Source of the DNA: an archaeon
GTDB taxonomy: Archaea; Thermoproteota; Nitrososphaeria; Nitrososphaerales; JACAEJ01
NCBI GenBank assembly: GCA_024256285.1
Contig: JACGUG010000004.1
Location: 2,359-66,358 of the forward strand
Length of the DNA: 64,000 bases
Direction of reading: 5' to 3'
Of this stretch, positions 10,953-20,293 are shown in pieces. Position 1 is the first letter of the stretch; each line of letters opens with the position of its first letter. Below the pieces are notes generated by a model that made no database searches, had not been told where the DNA came from, and saw only the letters and a program-made list of their open reading frames with translations. Both the position numbers and the translations under genes were made by a program.

Positions 10953-11807
10953 ATGGTTACACTCAAGGATTATCAGGGTGGAGAGACTGCTTGGTGTCCT
11001 GGATGCGGCAACTTTGGCATACTCACTGCAGTGAAGAAAGCTCTAGTTGAACTCGAAATCTCCCCTCATGAAGTCCTGATGGTTTCAGGTATAGGACAGG
11101 CCGGCAAACTACCACACTACATGAAGTGTAACCTATTTAACGGTCTCCACGGCAGAACCCTGCCAGTAGCTACTGCAGCGAAGCTGGCGAATCATAGGCT
11201 GCATGTCTTTGCAGTAGGGGGAGACGGTGACGGATACGGGGAAGGTGGGAATCATCTCATTCATACAATAAGAAGAAATATAGGTGTGAAATATCTTGTG
11301 CACAACAACCAGATCTACGGGTTGACCAAAGGTCAGGCATCACCTACGAGTGACCTGGGTTTTGTGACAAAGAGTACGCCCAGAGGAGTGGTTTCAACCC
11401 CTCTAAACCCCATCGCCTTAGCCTTGGCATTGGGGGCGAGCTTTGTTGCCCGAAGTTTCTCAGGGGATGTTCCCCATCTGGTTCAGATGATCAAAGAGGC
11501 GGTGAATCACAGAGGGTTTGCATTGATCGACATTCTCCAGCCGTGTGTTATCTTCAACCATCTGAATACCTTCTCATGGTATAGGGAGAGAGTCTACAAG
11601 CTCGGTGAGGGAGATTACGATGCCACGGATGGGCTTGCCGCCTTTAAGAAGGCGCAAGAATGGGGAGAGAGGATCCCTATAGGCGTGTTCTACAAGGAGG
11701 AGAGGCCTGCCCTTGAAGAGCTATTCCCAGCCATCGAGGATGTGCCACTTGTCAAGCAGAAGATCGAGTCAAGGCAGTTTGAAAAATTGATCGAAGAATT
11801 CATGTAA
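10953..11807 (+). CDS. 2-oxoacid:ferredoxin oxidoreductase beta subunit (TPP-binding)
   Basis: WCPGCGNFGIL and GGDGDGYGEGGNH are TPP/Fe-S motifs typical of OFOR beta subunits. Confidence 0.85.
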   Translation: MVTLKDYQGGETAWCPGCGNFGILTAVKKALVELEISPHEVLMVSGIGQAGKLPHYMKCNLFNGLHGRTLPVATAAKLANHRLHVFAVGGDGDGYGEGGNHLIHTIRRNIGVKYLVHNNQIYGLTKGQASPTSDLGFVTKSTPRGVVSTPLNPIALALALGASFVARSFSGDVPHLVQMIKEAVNHRGFALIDILQPCVIFNHLNTFSWYRERVYKLGEGDYDATDGLAAFKKAQEWGERIPIGVFYKEERPALEELFPAIEDVPLVKQKIESRQFEKLIEEFM

Positions 11808-12091
11808 AAACATTATACCATCTACGCTCTGATTCGACGTTTACTCATTCGCCTTTACCATACTGTCTGCCAAGAACTGTCCGATCGTCTCAAAATTACC
11901 GTTTGGGAGACTAGTTCGTCGATCGAAGTCAACAACGGTGGACGAAGCAAAAGAGCAGTTACCAAAAATCGGTTCGAGTATATGTAAGATAGATCATAAG
12001 GTTTAGATTTCCTTCTCGTTCCTTTTTTCTTTAGAAGTTAAGTTGACAAAAGATTTTATTAAATGCCTTTAGACAAAATTCAACAGAAAAA

Positions 12092-12790
12092 ATGAATATT
12101 GACACCCTATGCCAAGCACTTAAATTGGAAGAGCCTGTAATATCTCTTTACGAATCTTCCACCTATGAAGAATTTGAGCCAGTCGTCAAACCTGAGCCAA
12201 ATCAGTGCATATGGGCAAGCTACAAGGCTTGGAAAGAAGGAAAGACCCTTGTTCTATCTAAGAAAAGGTACGGCTGCAGAGGAGGAGCAAGATTCTTGCT
12301 TGGAATCGAGATCGAAGATTCCGACCTTAAAAACTTTCTATACGAGGAAGAAGGGTTGAAGGCATCCTTAGAAACAACAGAAGAATGGATAAAGAACATG
12401 GTAAGGTACTGCCCAAAGAAAGAATACGTTCTGATAGGACCTTTTAAAGAGGAGCATTTAGAAAGAGCAATTTCATTTACCTTCTTGGTGAATCCAGACC
12501 AATTATCTGCGCTTATTCATGGAGCTTTGTATTATTCTCCAGAGATGATTCCAGACCTGATTAGAACTACGGTAAGTGCTGGCTGTGGTTTGCTGGTTTC
12601 CTTCACAACCTACGATAAGCCACAAGCCTTTATAGGCGCAGTAGATATGGCGATGCGTCACCATATTCCTCTCTGCTTGCTTGCCTTTACTGTAAACAAA
12701 CCGATGTTGGAAAGACTTCTGAGCCTAGACGAGAAAAGCTTTCTTTACAAATCCTTTTGGAAAAGATTGGTCAAAGCAAGAGAAAGATGA
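12092..12790 (+). CDS. Hypothetical protein, possibly DUF169/COG2043-like
   Basis: This is a clean 232-aa ORF. The family call is a weak recollection only. Confidence 0.4.
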   Translation: MNIDTLCQALKLEEPVISLYESSTYEEFEPVVKPEPNQCIWASYKAWKEGKTLVLSKKRYGCRGGARFLLGIEIEDSDLKNFLYEEEGLKASLETTEEWIKNMVRYCPKKEYVLIGPFKEEHLERAISFTFLVNPDQLSALIHGALYYSPEMIPDLIRTTVSAGCGLLVSFTTYDKPQAFIGAVDMAMRHHIPLCLLAFTVNKPMLERLLSLDEKSFLYKSFWKRLVKARER

Positions 12791-12883
12791 GTAAAATGCT
12801 GTCTTCAGCACGTTAAACTTGACCTAAAATTATACAGCAACTGATTCCAAGCTTTATACAGTAAATATATATTTGAATTCGTT

Positions 12884-14107
12884 CTAGAGCGCTCCTTTTA
12901 CAGCTTCATCCACGATTCTTTTGATCCCATCTTTCAATTCATCTGGAAGTCCGAAGATGGTGACATCCATAAAACCTCTTACTATCAACGATCTGGCATC
13001 GGCTTCTGAAAATCCTCTGGCCATCAAATATTGGACCTGATCTTCGCCTATCTTGCCAACAGCAGCCTCATGAGAAAGCTCAGTCCCGCCAACCTTTGCA
13101 GTAAGCTCCGGTACTGCATGAATGAGGGCTTTATCAGAGAGGAGAAGACCTCTACACTCAAGGTGTGCCTTGCTCTCACTGTGCTCTCCTACTAAAAGTC
13201 CCCTCGCATATATCTGAGCTCTATCAGAGGCTATAGCGTTGGAGATGACCTCGCCTCTGCTTCCAGCTCCTTGAAGAACTATCTTTGCGCCAAAATCGAT
13301 GTAAGAGTTACCCCCTCCATATAAGATCGAGTTGAACCTGACTTTAGAGTCGACTCCTTTACAGTACGCAACTGGGTACATCTGAAGACTCTTCACGGGT
13401 TTTAAGCAGATATAATTGTTTACGAATTTAGCTTCATCCTCTATAAGGACCGCCGTTCTCGGACGGACATGAAAGTTCTGAGACCAATTATGGATCATTG
13501 TAAATGTAAGTTTTGCCCCTTTTTTCAAGTAGAACTCTGAAACTCCGACGTGAAGCCCTTTCTGAACGTTAGGATGAACCACACAACCGGTTATTACTTG
13601 AGCCTCCGCCTCTGGTTCCAATATGATGATATTGTGAACGTTCTGATTCAGTCCATCTTTTGAGACGAAAAGGCATGATTGAAGGGGGAGTGTAACTTTC
13701 TGACCCTCTAAAACTCTGATGAAGTAACCATGATCCCAATTTCTCTCTGCTAAAGCTGTGTATTTGTCTGTGTCTGGTTGCACTAGCCTCCACCAGTAAT
13801 CCTTGAACCAATCATATTTGTTGAAAGCGTCTTTGGTGCTCATCAGATCGATCTTCCCTTCGAAGACTTTTTGGATGCCTTGAAAAACTACTGAGTGGTC
13901 GATTTGAAAGTAGGTTCCGACTCTGTCCTTCTCATCAGCCCTGATCCCTGCACTCAAAGACTGGAGCACTATATCCTTTGGGAGAAGTGGTACTGGACAA
14001 GCGGACCAGGCTTTGGCTTCTCTTGTAAACTCTCTGATGTCTAAATCTGGACCAAGGGTGGCTGGTTTATCTTCAACCTTTAATACTCTTTCTCTATCTG
14101 TTGACAT
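12884..14107 (-). CDS. sufB: Fe-S cluster assembly protein SufB/SufD family
   Basis: The C-terminal region (…ELSHEAAVGKIGEDQVQYLMARGFSEADARSLIVRGF) is typical of SufB/D. The preferred start is the ATG at 14107, which overlaps the sufC stop by 14 nt. Confidence 0.85.
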   Translation of the reverse strand: MSTDRERVLKVEDKPATLGPDLDIREFTREAKAWSACPVPLLPKDIVLQSLSAGIRADEKDRVGTYFQIDHSVVFQGIQKVFEGKIDLMSTKDAFNKYDWFKDYWWRLVQPDTDKYTALAERNWDHGYFIRVLEGQKVTLPLQSCLFVSKDGLNQNVHNIIILEPEAEAQVITGCVVHPNVQKGLHVGVSEFYLKKGAKLTFTMIHNWSQNFHVRPRTAVLIEDEAKFVNNYICLKPVKSLQMYPVAYCKGVDSKVRFNSILYGGGNSYIDFGAKIVLQGAGSRGEVISNAIASDRAQIYARGLLVGEHSESKAHLECRGLLLSDKALIHAVPELTAKVGGTELSHEAAVGKIGEDQVQYLMARGFSEADARSLIVRGFMDVTIFGLPDELKDGIKRIVDEAVKGAL

Positions 14108-14858
14108 TCTTACACCACCCTTTAATTTGTAGACATTTTTCACACCATCCATATCCTTCCTTCAATATCTGGTCAAGAATTTTTATGGGCTCTCCTGAAC
14201 AAGCGATCTCCCCCTTGATTAAGACATGGCCTTTATCGACTTCTACATAACGTAAGATGTAGCCTACGTGGGTTATCAAAAGACCCGAACTTTCCTTAAG
14301 AAAGTTATTTATCACTTTGCCTATGATCGCAAGGTTTTCGATATCTACTCCCGAATCTGGCTCATCCAACATAGCAAATTTGGGTTTTTGGGCAAGAACC
14401 TGTAAAATTTCAGACTTTTTCATCTCCCCACCTGAGAAGCCACGATTCAGATCTCTGGAAAGGAACTCCTTTTCGAATTTCAAGGCATCACACAACTCTG
14501 CCTCTTTTTTCATTGCTTCAGCATCAGATTTGAGGAAGTTATGGACGATGTCTCCAAGCTTGACACCTCTTATAGCCGGCGGTCTTTGAAAGGCTATGCC
14601 CATCCCACGTTTCACACGCTCATCTATAGACATATTCGTTATATCTACACCATCGAACCTTATCCTGCCCGAAACTACTTTATAATCTGGGAAGCCCAAT
14701 ATAGTCATCAATATCGAAGTTTTTCCAGACCCGTTGGGTCCGAATAAGACATGACTCTCTCCCTCAGGTATCTCCAAGTCAACTCCGTCTAAGATTCTCT
14801 TCCCATCCACTTCGACGCTTAGATCTTCTATCTCAAGTAGGTTCAAAGAAGCCACCAT
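14094..14858 (-). CDS. sufC: Fe-S cluster assembly ATPase SufC
   Basis: Walker A is GPNGSGKTS, the ABC signature is FSGGEMKK, and Walker B is AMLDEPDSGVD. The gene sits directly upstream of sufB. Confidence 0.9.
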   Translation of the reverse strand: MVASLNLLEIEDLSVEVDGKRILDGVDLEIPEGESHVLFGPNGSGKTSILMTILGFPDYKVVSGRIRFDGVDITNMSIDERVKRGMGIAFQRPPAIRGVKLGDIVHNFLKSDAEAMKKEAELCDALKFEKEFLSRDLNRGFSGGEMKKSEILQVLAQKPKFAMLDEPDSGVDIENLAIIGKVINNFLKESSGLLITHVGYILRYVEVDKGHVLIKGEIACSGEPIKILDQILKEGYGWCEKCLQIKGWCKNVNR

Positions 14859-14925
14859 TTTATCTATCTCTAACTTCGCTTATAATCATTTTTAAAGTAT
14901 CCATATGATGAGAGTATAAGATGGA

Positions 14926-16278
14926 TTAAAATATGGCGAAGACCCTCAGATCGTTTACGTTGGTTCCTGTCTGATCTGTAATTATCAGATCGTTCATCAT
15001 CTTGAAAAAGTGATAAGAATCGTTGTCATCTAGGAATCTCTGAAGGTCTACCTTTTCCTTCTTCGATCTTTCCATAGTATCTCTGTCTGCTAAGGCACCT
15101 GCTGCATCTGTGCTACCATCTATTCCATCTGTATCTACAGCGGCGACTATGAAATTATGGTTGCCCATCTCTTTGAGAAAGGATAGGACGAATTCTTGGC
15201 TTCTCCCCCCTCTCCCATTGCCTTTTACCGTCACTACCGTCTCCCCACCCGAAATGATACATGCAGGCTTCTTTATGGGGTTGCCAGTAGCCTCGACTTC
15301 TTCTGCTATTTCAGCCATGACCCTTGCAACCTCTCTTGACTCGCCAGTTATCATAGAAGAAAGTATCATGGTGTTGAAACCAAGAGACATGGCCTTTCTC
15401 TCAGCCCCTTTCAATGCAACCATGTTATCAAGGATTATGAAGTTCCAAACATCATCGAAAATCTCCTTGTCTATCCTCTCTTCTTTCTGTATTACATCTT
15501 TTACATGTAATGGCAGTTCTTCCCATAGATCGTATCTCTCCAGAATCTCCCTAGGATTCATCAAAGTTTCAGAGTAGAATAAAGGACCCGATGCTATGGA
15601 TTCTAGACGGTTGCCAACAACATCGGATGAGACAAGATTGATCACTGTAGAGGGATAGGTGTACCTTGCCAACTTGCCACCTTTGACCTTTGAAAGCCGC
15701 TTTCTTACTGCATTGATCTCGTTTATGTTCGCCCCTGATCTCAAAAGCGACTCGGTTATCTTCTTCAACTCTTCTAAAGATACTCCTTCCCTTGGATGCT
15801 CGAACAGGGCTGAACCGCCTCCAGATGTCAGGCAGATGATGAGGTCTCTCTTCGATGCCTTTTCGGCCATTTCAAGTATCTTCTTGGCAGCCTCTAAACT
15901 AGCTATGCTTGGTATGGGATGGGTTGCGTACAGAATTTTGATCTTACCAGTTTCGGCTTTAAACCCTTCTTTGACAACGACTACGCCTTCTGTGATCTTG
16001 TCTCCCAAGATCTTCTCTAGAGCTGATGCCATAACCCCTGAGGCTTTGCCGAACCCTATGACATAGATATGCTGAAACCTGTTTAGATCGAAAGATCTGT
16101 TGCAGACCGATAGTTCGTTCTTGATGACTTTTACCTTCTCTCTCATCGCCCTTTCAGGCAGTGCTGCTTCTATACCCGACTCCACTATGTCTAGAATCTT
16201 TTTTCTAGCTTCCTTTACTTCTTCTGTCTTAGAATCTGCTATCAATTCTTGTCTGTTCTTTATTATTTCTGGGGGCAT
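14926..16278 (-). CDS. Glycerate 2-kinase / hydroxypyruvate reductase family (DUF4147 + MOFRL)
   Basis: IGFGKASGVMA is present, and the C-terminus has ISGGETVVTVKGNGRGGRSQEFVL…DTDGIDG. The preferred start is the ATG at 16278. Confidence 0.75.
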   Translation of the reverse strand: MPPEIIKNRQELIADSKTEEVKEARKKILDIVESGIEAALPERAMREKVKVIKNELSVCNRSFDLNRFQHIYVIGFGKASGVMASALEKILGDKITEGVVVVKEGFKAETGKIKILYATHPIPSIASLEAAKKILEMAEKASKRDLIICLTSGGGSALFEHPREGVSLEELKKITESLLRSGANINEINAVRKRLSKVKGGKLARYTYPSTVINLVSSDVVGNRLESIASGPLFYSETLMNPREILERYDLWEELPLHVKDVIQKEERIDKEIFDDVWNFIILDNMVALKGAERKAMSLGFNTMILSSMITGESREVARVMAEIAEEVEATGNPIKKPACIISGGETVVTVKGNGRGGRSQEFVLSFLKEMGNHNFIVAAVDTDGIDGSTDAAGALADRDTMERSKKEKVDLQRFLDDNDSYHFFKMMNDLIITDQTGTNVNDLRVFAIF

Positions 16279-16375
16279 TTCCACACCGACTATGAAGATA
16301 TACACGGATTAAAAGGTATAAAAAAGGTTCATACAGGGCATTTTGCCATAAATATCTTATCTCGCGAAATGTTTT

Positions 16376-17296
16376 CTATCCTTGGCTCTTGAGGACACTA
16401 TTTATCTTGTCTGCAGTCTCACGGCTCTTATCGTTTAAGGGAATCAGCTTTATGTCCGAGGCCGACTTCACACCTACACCAAGCTCGGCTGCCCTCTTGA
16501 TCTGTTCGAGTTCAAAGATCCTTCCCTTTATAATATCCTTCGTCGACCCATAACTCCTAAGAATGGCTACTCCAACCGCGTCTATGGCTACCCTATCTCT
16601 ACTTGCCAGTAGAAGATTGGGCTCGACAACATCGCCACTTTCAGGACCTTTATTCACAAAGGCCTTTATGGCATCCATGACCACCAAGTCGACATCGTAG
16701 AACTTGTTGATCTCGGCTATCATGAGCCTTTGATAAGGAGACCCATGCAGCTCCCACATATAATTGTATAATCCTCCGGGAACTTTCTTCGCCACCAAGC
16801 CTACGGAGTTCTTCAGGGACAGGGTGAAGTGGCCCCCGAATCTGTGGGCTTTAAGGCAGCAGGTCTGGACAACCTTGTCAGCTTCAAGGAAGACCTTGGA
16901 GATGTAGAAACCCCTAAGCCAATGAGTTCCATCTCTATCGATCTTCACCCATCCCTCTTTATCCACTTCGTCTAAGACTTCAACCTTAAAGGTCAGCTTC
17001 TCAGATAGGTCAAAGACGCCCATCTGCTCCAAGACTTTCCTAGTAACGCCCATACCGCTCCTCTCAGCCAAGGTCAGATCCCTTGTCCTAGCTTCCTTCA
17101 ACCCCCTCACGAGGGCCTCGAGAGTATCAAGATGAGTGGAGGCGGGAAAAGGGTCGGCGCTATTAAAATTCGCCTTCAAAGCCACCCTCTTTTCAGAATA
17201 ATCCTTCAGGTCGAATTGGTTGAGAAGACTTCTGATCCCAAAGTGCCTGTCCGACGTCTTGATCAAGAAGACCTCCCCAACTACATTCTGAATCAC
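16376..17296 (-). CDS. DUF362 domain protein
   Basis: The pattern …KRVALKANFNSADPFPASTHLDTLEALVRGLKEA… and the length (306 aa) fit DUF362. The call is by eye. Confidence 0.5.
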   Translation of the reverse strand: MIQNVVGEVFLIKTSDRHFGIRSLLNQFDLKDYSEKRVALKANFNSADPFPASTHLDTLEALVRGLKEARTRDLTLAERSGMGVTRKVLEQMGVFDLSEKLTFKVEVLDEVDKEGWVKIDRDGTHWLRGFYISKVFLEADKVVQTCCLKAHRFGGHFTLSLKNSVGLVAKKVPGGLYNYMWELHGSPYQRLMIAEINKFYDVDLVVMDAIKAFVNKGPESGDVVEPNLLLASRDRVAIDAVGVAILRSYGSTKDIIKGRIFELEQIKRAAELGVGVKSASDIKLIPLNDKSRETADKINSVLKSQG

Positions 17297-17385
17297 GATA
17301 AGTCGATCCTCCCAGATAGTCGAGATACAAGTGATTTAAATACAGTCATATTCGGTCTAATAAAAGCAGACGATTAACTTCTTTC

Positions 17386-18111
17386 TCATCGATTTAAGAT
17401 CCATCCTAAAACATGGGTCAAGTCCTTTTCCTTTACAACTGCATCAGCGTACTTAGCCAGATCTTGATCCTTAGGATCAAAAGCTATGCCTATGCCTGCT
17501 TCCTCTAGCATACACCAGTCAGCCAAAGAGTCTCCTATGGCGATACAATTGGATATGGAGACTCTCATCGAATTGGCGAACTTCCTTAGAAAGAACCTTT
17601 TACAGATCGAGCGTCTGCAACTGCAATTCGCTTGTTCCCAGCCCAAAGGCGTGAAGATCCTTCCAGTTACTATTCCTTGCTGGACTTCGAGTTCGTTGGC
17701 CATATGAAAGTCCATATCGAGCCTCTCAGTCAGATAACTAGTGGCAATAGTATAACTATCACTTATGACTCCCATTCGATAACCTTTCTCTTTGATCCTA
17801 TCGATGGTTTCGAGGGCCCCAGTCATTAGAGGAATCTTCTTGATAGTGTCAAGGATTTCTTTAGCTTCCAATCCAGCCAGATGCTTGGCGATGATCTTAG
17901 ATTTCTCTAGGGGAGGGATTCTTCCTCTCATTATGCTTTTTATTTCCTCTAGAAATCCAAACCTTTCTCCGATGAAGTAGATGACCCTGCCATTAAGTAA
18001 AGTTCCATCCATGTCGAATGCGACTAGTTTAGATCTTCTCCCCAGATCGAATCCCCTTTTCTTTTCGTGATTTTTTTTAAAAATCCAACTTAAGATGTTA
18101 ATTCTTGACAT
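17386..18111 (-). CDS. HAD-IB hydrolase (phosphoserine phosphatase-like)
   Basis: Motif I is FDMDGTLL, and the C-terminus has IAIGDSLADWCMLEEAGIGIAF. Confidence 0.65.
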   Translation of the reverse strand: MSRINILSWIFKKNHEKKRGFDLGRRSKLVAFDMDGTLLNGRVIYFIGERFGFLEEIKSIMRGRIPPLEKSKIIAKHLAGLEAKEILDTIKKIPLMTGALETIDRIKEKGYRMGVISDSYTIATSYLTERLDMDFHMANELEVQQGIVTGRIFTPLGWEQANCSCRRSICKRFFLRKFANSMRVSISNCIAIGDSLADWCMLEEAGIGIAFDPKDQDLAKYADAVVKEKDLTHVLGWILNR

Positions 18112-18168
18112 TTAAATAACTATTGATATGGAGAAATTATTTAGATTAAAGATCGATCTATAAGATAG

Positions 18169-18525
18169 TCAAACTCCCTCTTTAGAGCTCTTCAAAGAGA
18201 TCACCCCATCCTTCAATATAAGTTCATAAGTATCATTGACCTCGAACCTTATTCCCAATCTATCATATTCGTCTTCTGTAAGGAATATAGTGAGCTTAGG
18301 TGAGACTATCTCTTTTACATGGGGAAGCACTCCGAGGCTTTGAAACTGTGAAAGTATCCCCTGCACCCGCCTAGCCTCTTCTCCAGACTCAGGAAAGACG
18401 TTACTTTTTCTAGGTCTAACCTCCACTAACTCTATCCGCTTGCCAGGCAGACCCGTTCCAGGATCGTTTATGCTCGTTATCCTATACACTCTGACATACT
18501 TTCTGGGGTAACTTTCCTTAATCAT
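18169..18525 (-). CDS. Hypothetical protein (118 aa)
   Basis: The ORF is clean with normal composition. I did not recognise a family. Confidence 0.4.
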   Translation of the reverse strand: MIKESYPRKYVRVYRITSINDPGTGLPGKRIELVEVRPRKSNVFPESGEEARRVQGILSQFQSLGVLPHVKEIVSPKLTIFLTEDEYDRLGIRFEVNDTYELILKDGVISLKSSKEGV

Positions 18526-18599
18526 AATCCATTAACATCTGCCAAGACTTACTATTAAATTGTTGTTCTATTAAGCCCATAATCAAAGACCAACCGTAA

Positions 18600-18614
18600 T
18601 TAAAACTTATTAAT
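18600..18614 (+). repeat. 15-nt direct repeat TTAAAACTTATTAAT (copy 1 of 2)
   Basis: The identical 15-mer recurs at 20102-20116. The two copies bracket the radical SAM locus. Confidence 0.5.
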
Positions 18615-18685
18615 GTATTGAAATCCATGCGTTAAAATAAGTCTCCCAACCTAGGGGTGGGTTAAAGTAATGTGAAGGTAAGCCC

Positions 18686-18695
18686 CTACACCTTA
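18686..18695 (+). repeat. CTACACCTTA motif, copy 1 (+)
   Basis: The exact 10-mer is shared with 19778-19787 (+) and 20151-20160 (reverse complement). A 9/10 match lies at 18837-18846 (reverse complement). Confidence 0.5.
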
Positions 18696-18787
18696 TTTTT
18701 GAGAACTATGGGATAGTTTAGTAATGTTTTTGAATATGTTTTAGAGCTTTATACTAAAAATAATAAATGTTAAAGTCTAAAGACAAG

Positions 18788-18853
18788 GTGGATGAATTGG
18801 CTGAGGCAGTCCAACGACAATTAGATGGAACGCTTGAAAGGTGTAGAGTTTGA
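18788..18853 (+). other. 21-codon upstream ORF whose TGA overlaps the TTG start of the radical SAM gene
   Basis: GTG…TGA encodes (M)DELAEAVQRQLDGTLERCRV. The stop at 18851-18853 overlaps the start at 18850-18852 (TTTGA). This is purely a sequence observation. Confidence 0.25.
18837..18846 (-). repeat. CTACACCTTt motif, copy 2 (reverse orientation, 9/10)
   Basis: The plus strand reads AAAGGTGTAG, immediately before the radical SAM start codon. Confidence 0.45.
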
Positions 18854-19662
18854 AGAAGGTGACCCCCAATATTTTAAAGATAGAGGTCACCACTCGTTGC
18901 AATGCAAATTGTATCTTCTGTAGTCATCGTTTTCTCAACAAAAAACATTTGAAAGATATGCCGTTTGATACAGTAAAAATGTTGATAGATCAAACAAATT
19001 GGAGATGGAAACCAGAAATTCAACTTAGTGGGTTTGGCGAACCCACTCTCTACCCCGATCTTGTAAAAGCGGTGAGATATTGTCATAAAAAGGGATTAAA
19101 ATCTTCTTTTAACACCAACGGATTCCTCTTAACTCGTGACCTAATGGATCAACTTATAAAAGCTGGATTGAGCCAATTCCGTTTTGCGATAGATGGATAC
19201 AGCAAAAAGACTTATGAAAGTTTGAGAAGGGGTCTGAATTTCGAGACAGTTTTGTATAATGCCCTTGATGCTTGGGGGTTATGTCGAAAAAGTAAAACAA
19301 GGATGATAATTTTAAATGTGATCTGTAAGGAGAACGAAAATGAATTTATACTTCTAAAGGACTTTTGGAGCAGGCACTCTCATAAATTCGAAGTAAATCA
19401 AGAAATGCCATTTGTTCAAGGTCGGGTTGAACAATTTTATTCTGATATATGTGACCATTTTTGGACTCAGATGCAGGTAAGAGTGAACGGAGATGTTGTG
19501 ATATGTTGTCTTGACTTTCCACCGAATTATACAAAACTCGGAAATGTTTACGAGACACCTTTACTCGAAATCTACAATTCTCCTTCCTTCAACAAATTGA
19601 GACTGAACTTCAAAAAATCCATTTATCCTGATGTTTGTTACCGTTATTGTGTGAGGAAGTAA
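18850..19662 (+). CDS. Radical SAM enzyme with a Cys-rich SPASM/twitch-like C-terminal domain
   Basis: The triad is CNANCIFC, with GFGEPTLYPD nearby. The C-terminus has …VNGDVVICCLDFPPNYTKLGNVYETPLLEIYNS…CYRYC. The start codon is TTG. Confidence 0.75.
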   Translation: MKKVTPNILKIEVTTRCNANCIFCSHRFLNKKHLKDMPFDTVKMLIDQTNWRWKPEIQLSGFGEPTLYPDLVKAVRYCHKKGLKSSFNTNGFLLTRDLMDQLIKAGLSQFRFAIDGYSKKTYESLRRGLNFETVLYNALDAWGLCRKSKTRMIILNVICKENENEFILLKDFWSRHSHKFEVNQEMPFVQGRVEQFYSDICDHFWTQMQVRVNGDVVICCLDFPPNYTKLGNVYETPLLEIYNSPSFNKLRLNFKKSIYPDVCYRYCVRK

Positions 19663-19777
19663 ATTTCTTAGATATAAAACATTACAGTAATCGGTTCTAT
19701 AAAATCTTCGATTCGTATAGTAATCTGAACGTCTAGTTTCCCAGACCTATTGAGGCCAGGTCTAAGTTAGAAGGCCT

Positions 19778-19787
19778 CTACACCTTA
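19778..19787 (+). repeat. CTACACCTTA motif, copy 3 (+), followed by T5
   Basis: Copy 1 has the same extended context (…CTACACCTTATTTTT, a 15-nt identity). A 6-bp hairpin AGACCT/AGGTCT lies just upstream. Confidence 0.5.
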
Positions 19788-20101
19788 TTTTTCGGTTAAC
19801 AGAAAAAAAGAAAAAGGAAGGTTTATTTCGCTGTTCCCTTTGCGAAGTTATCGTTCGATATTTCTTTCTGTAAACCTGGTGCGTTGGCTATTCCTCAAGA
19901 CAGCGGTATTAGCAGGCTGGTTCAAGGACGAGGAGTTAGAGCTAATCCGCCAGATAATAAAGGTAAAGGCGTAAGATTGGCCCTTATTCCAAGCTTAGAT
20001 GATCTCGATGCTCAAGAGCTTAGACAGGAGATAATCCAGGAAAGGAGTAAGCGAACAAGACCAGTTGGAATCTTCTAATTTAACGCATTGTTTTTGGTGC
20101 G

Positions 20102-20116
20102 TTAAAACTTATTAAT
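20102..20116 (+). repeat. 15-nt direct repeat TTAAAACTTATTAAT (copy 2 of 2)
   Basis: It is identical to 18600-18614. A perfect 7-bp hairpin TAACGCA/TGCGTTA at 20081-20104 precedes and partly overlaps it. Confidence 0.5.
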
Positions 20117-20150
20117 AAAAAACTTTATTAGTCAACATTCTTTGCTTTCT

Positions 20151-20160
20151 TAAGGTGTAG
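20151..20160 (-). repeat. CTACACCTTA motif, copy 4 (reverse orientation)
   Basis: The plus strand reads TAAGGTGTAG, about 135 nt upstream of the likely carA start. Confidence 0.5.
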
Positions 20161-20293
20161 CAATAAATATTGTGTGAGCACGGGATAGGTGGCAAAACTC
20201 CTATTAGAAGGGGCGGTGTGTTCACTTTCTTCTGCCATAGATGGATTCTTCCAAGCGGCCCCTTTAACGTCTTTCATAAGAATTTCCCAGCAG

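Noticed and set aside
20189-20293. N-terminal 35-residue extension of carA from the tracked start (GTG at 20189), and the antisense ORF at 20128-20316.
   Set aside because: The extension has no CarA similarity. CarA homology begins at …LALEDGT…, so a later GTG/TTG start fits better. The antisense ORF overlaps it and has no support.
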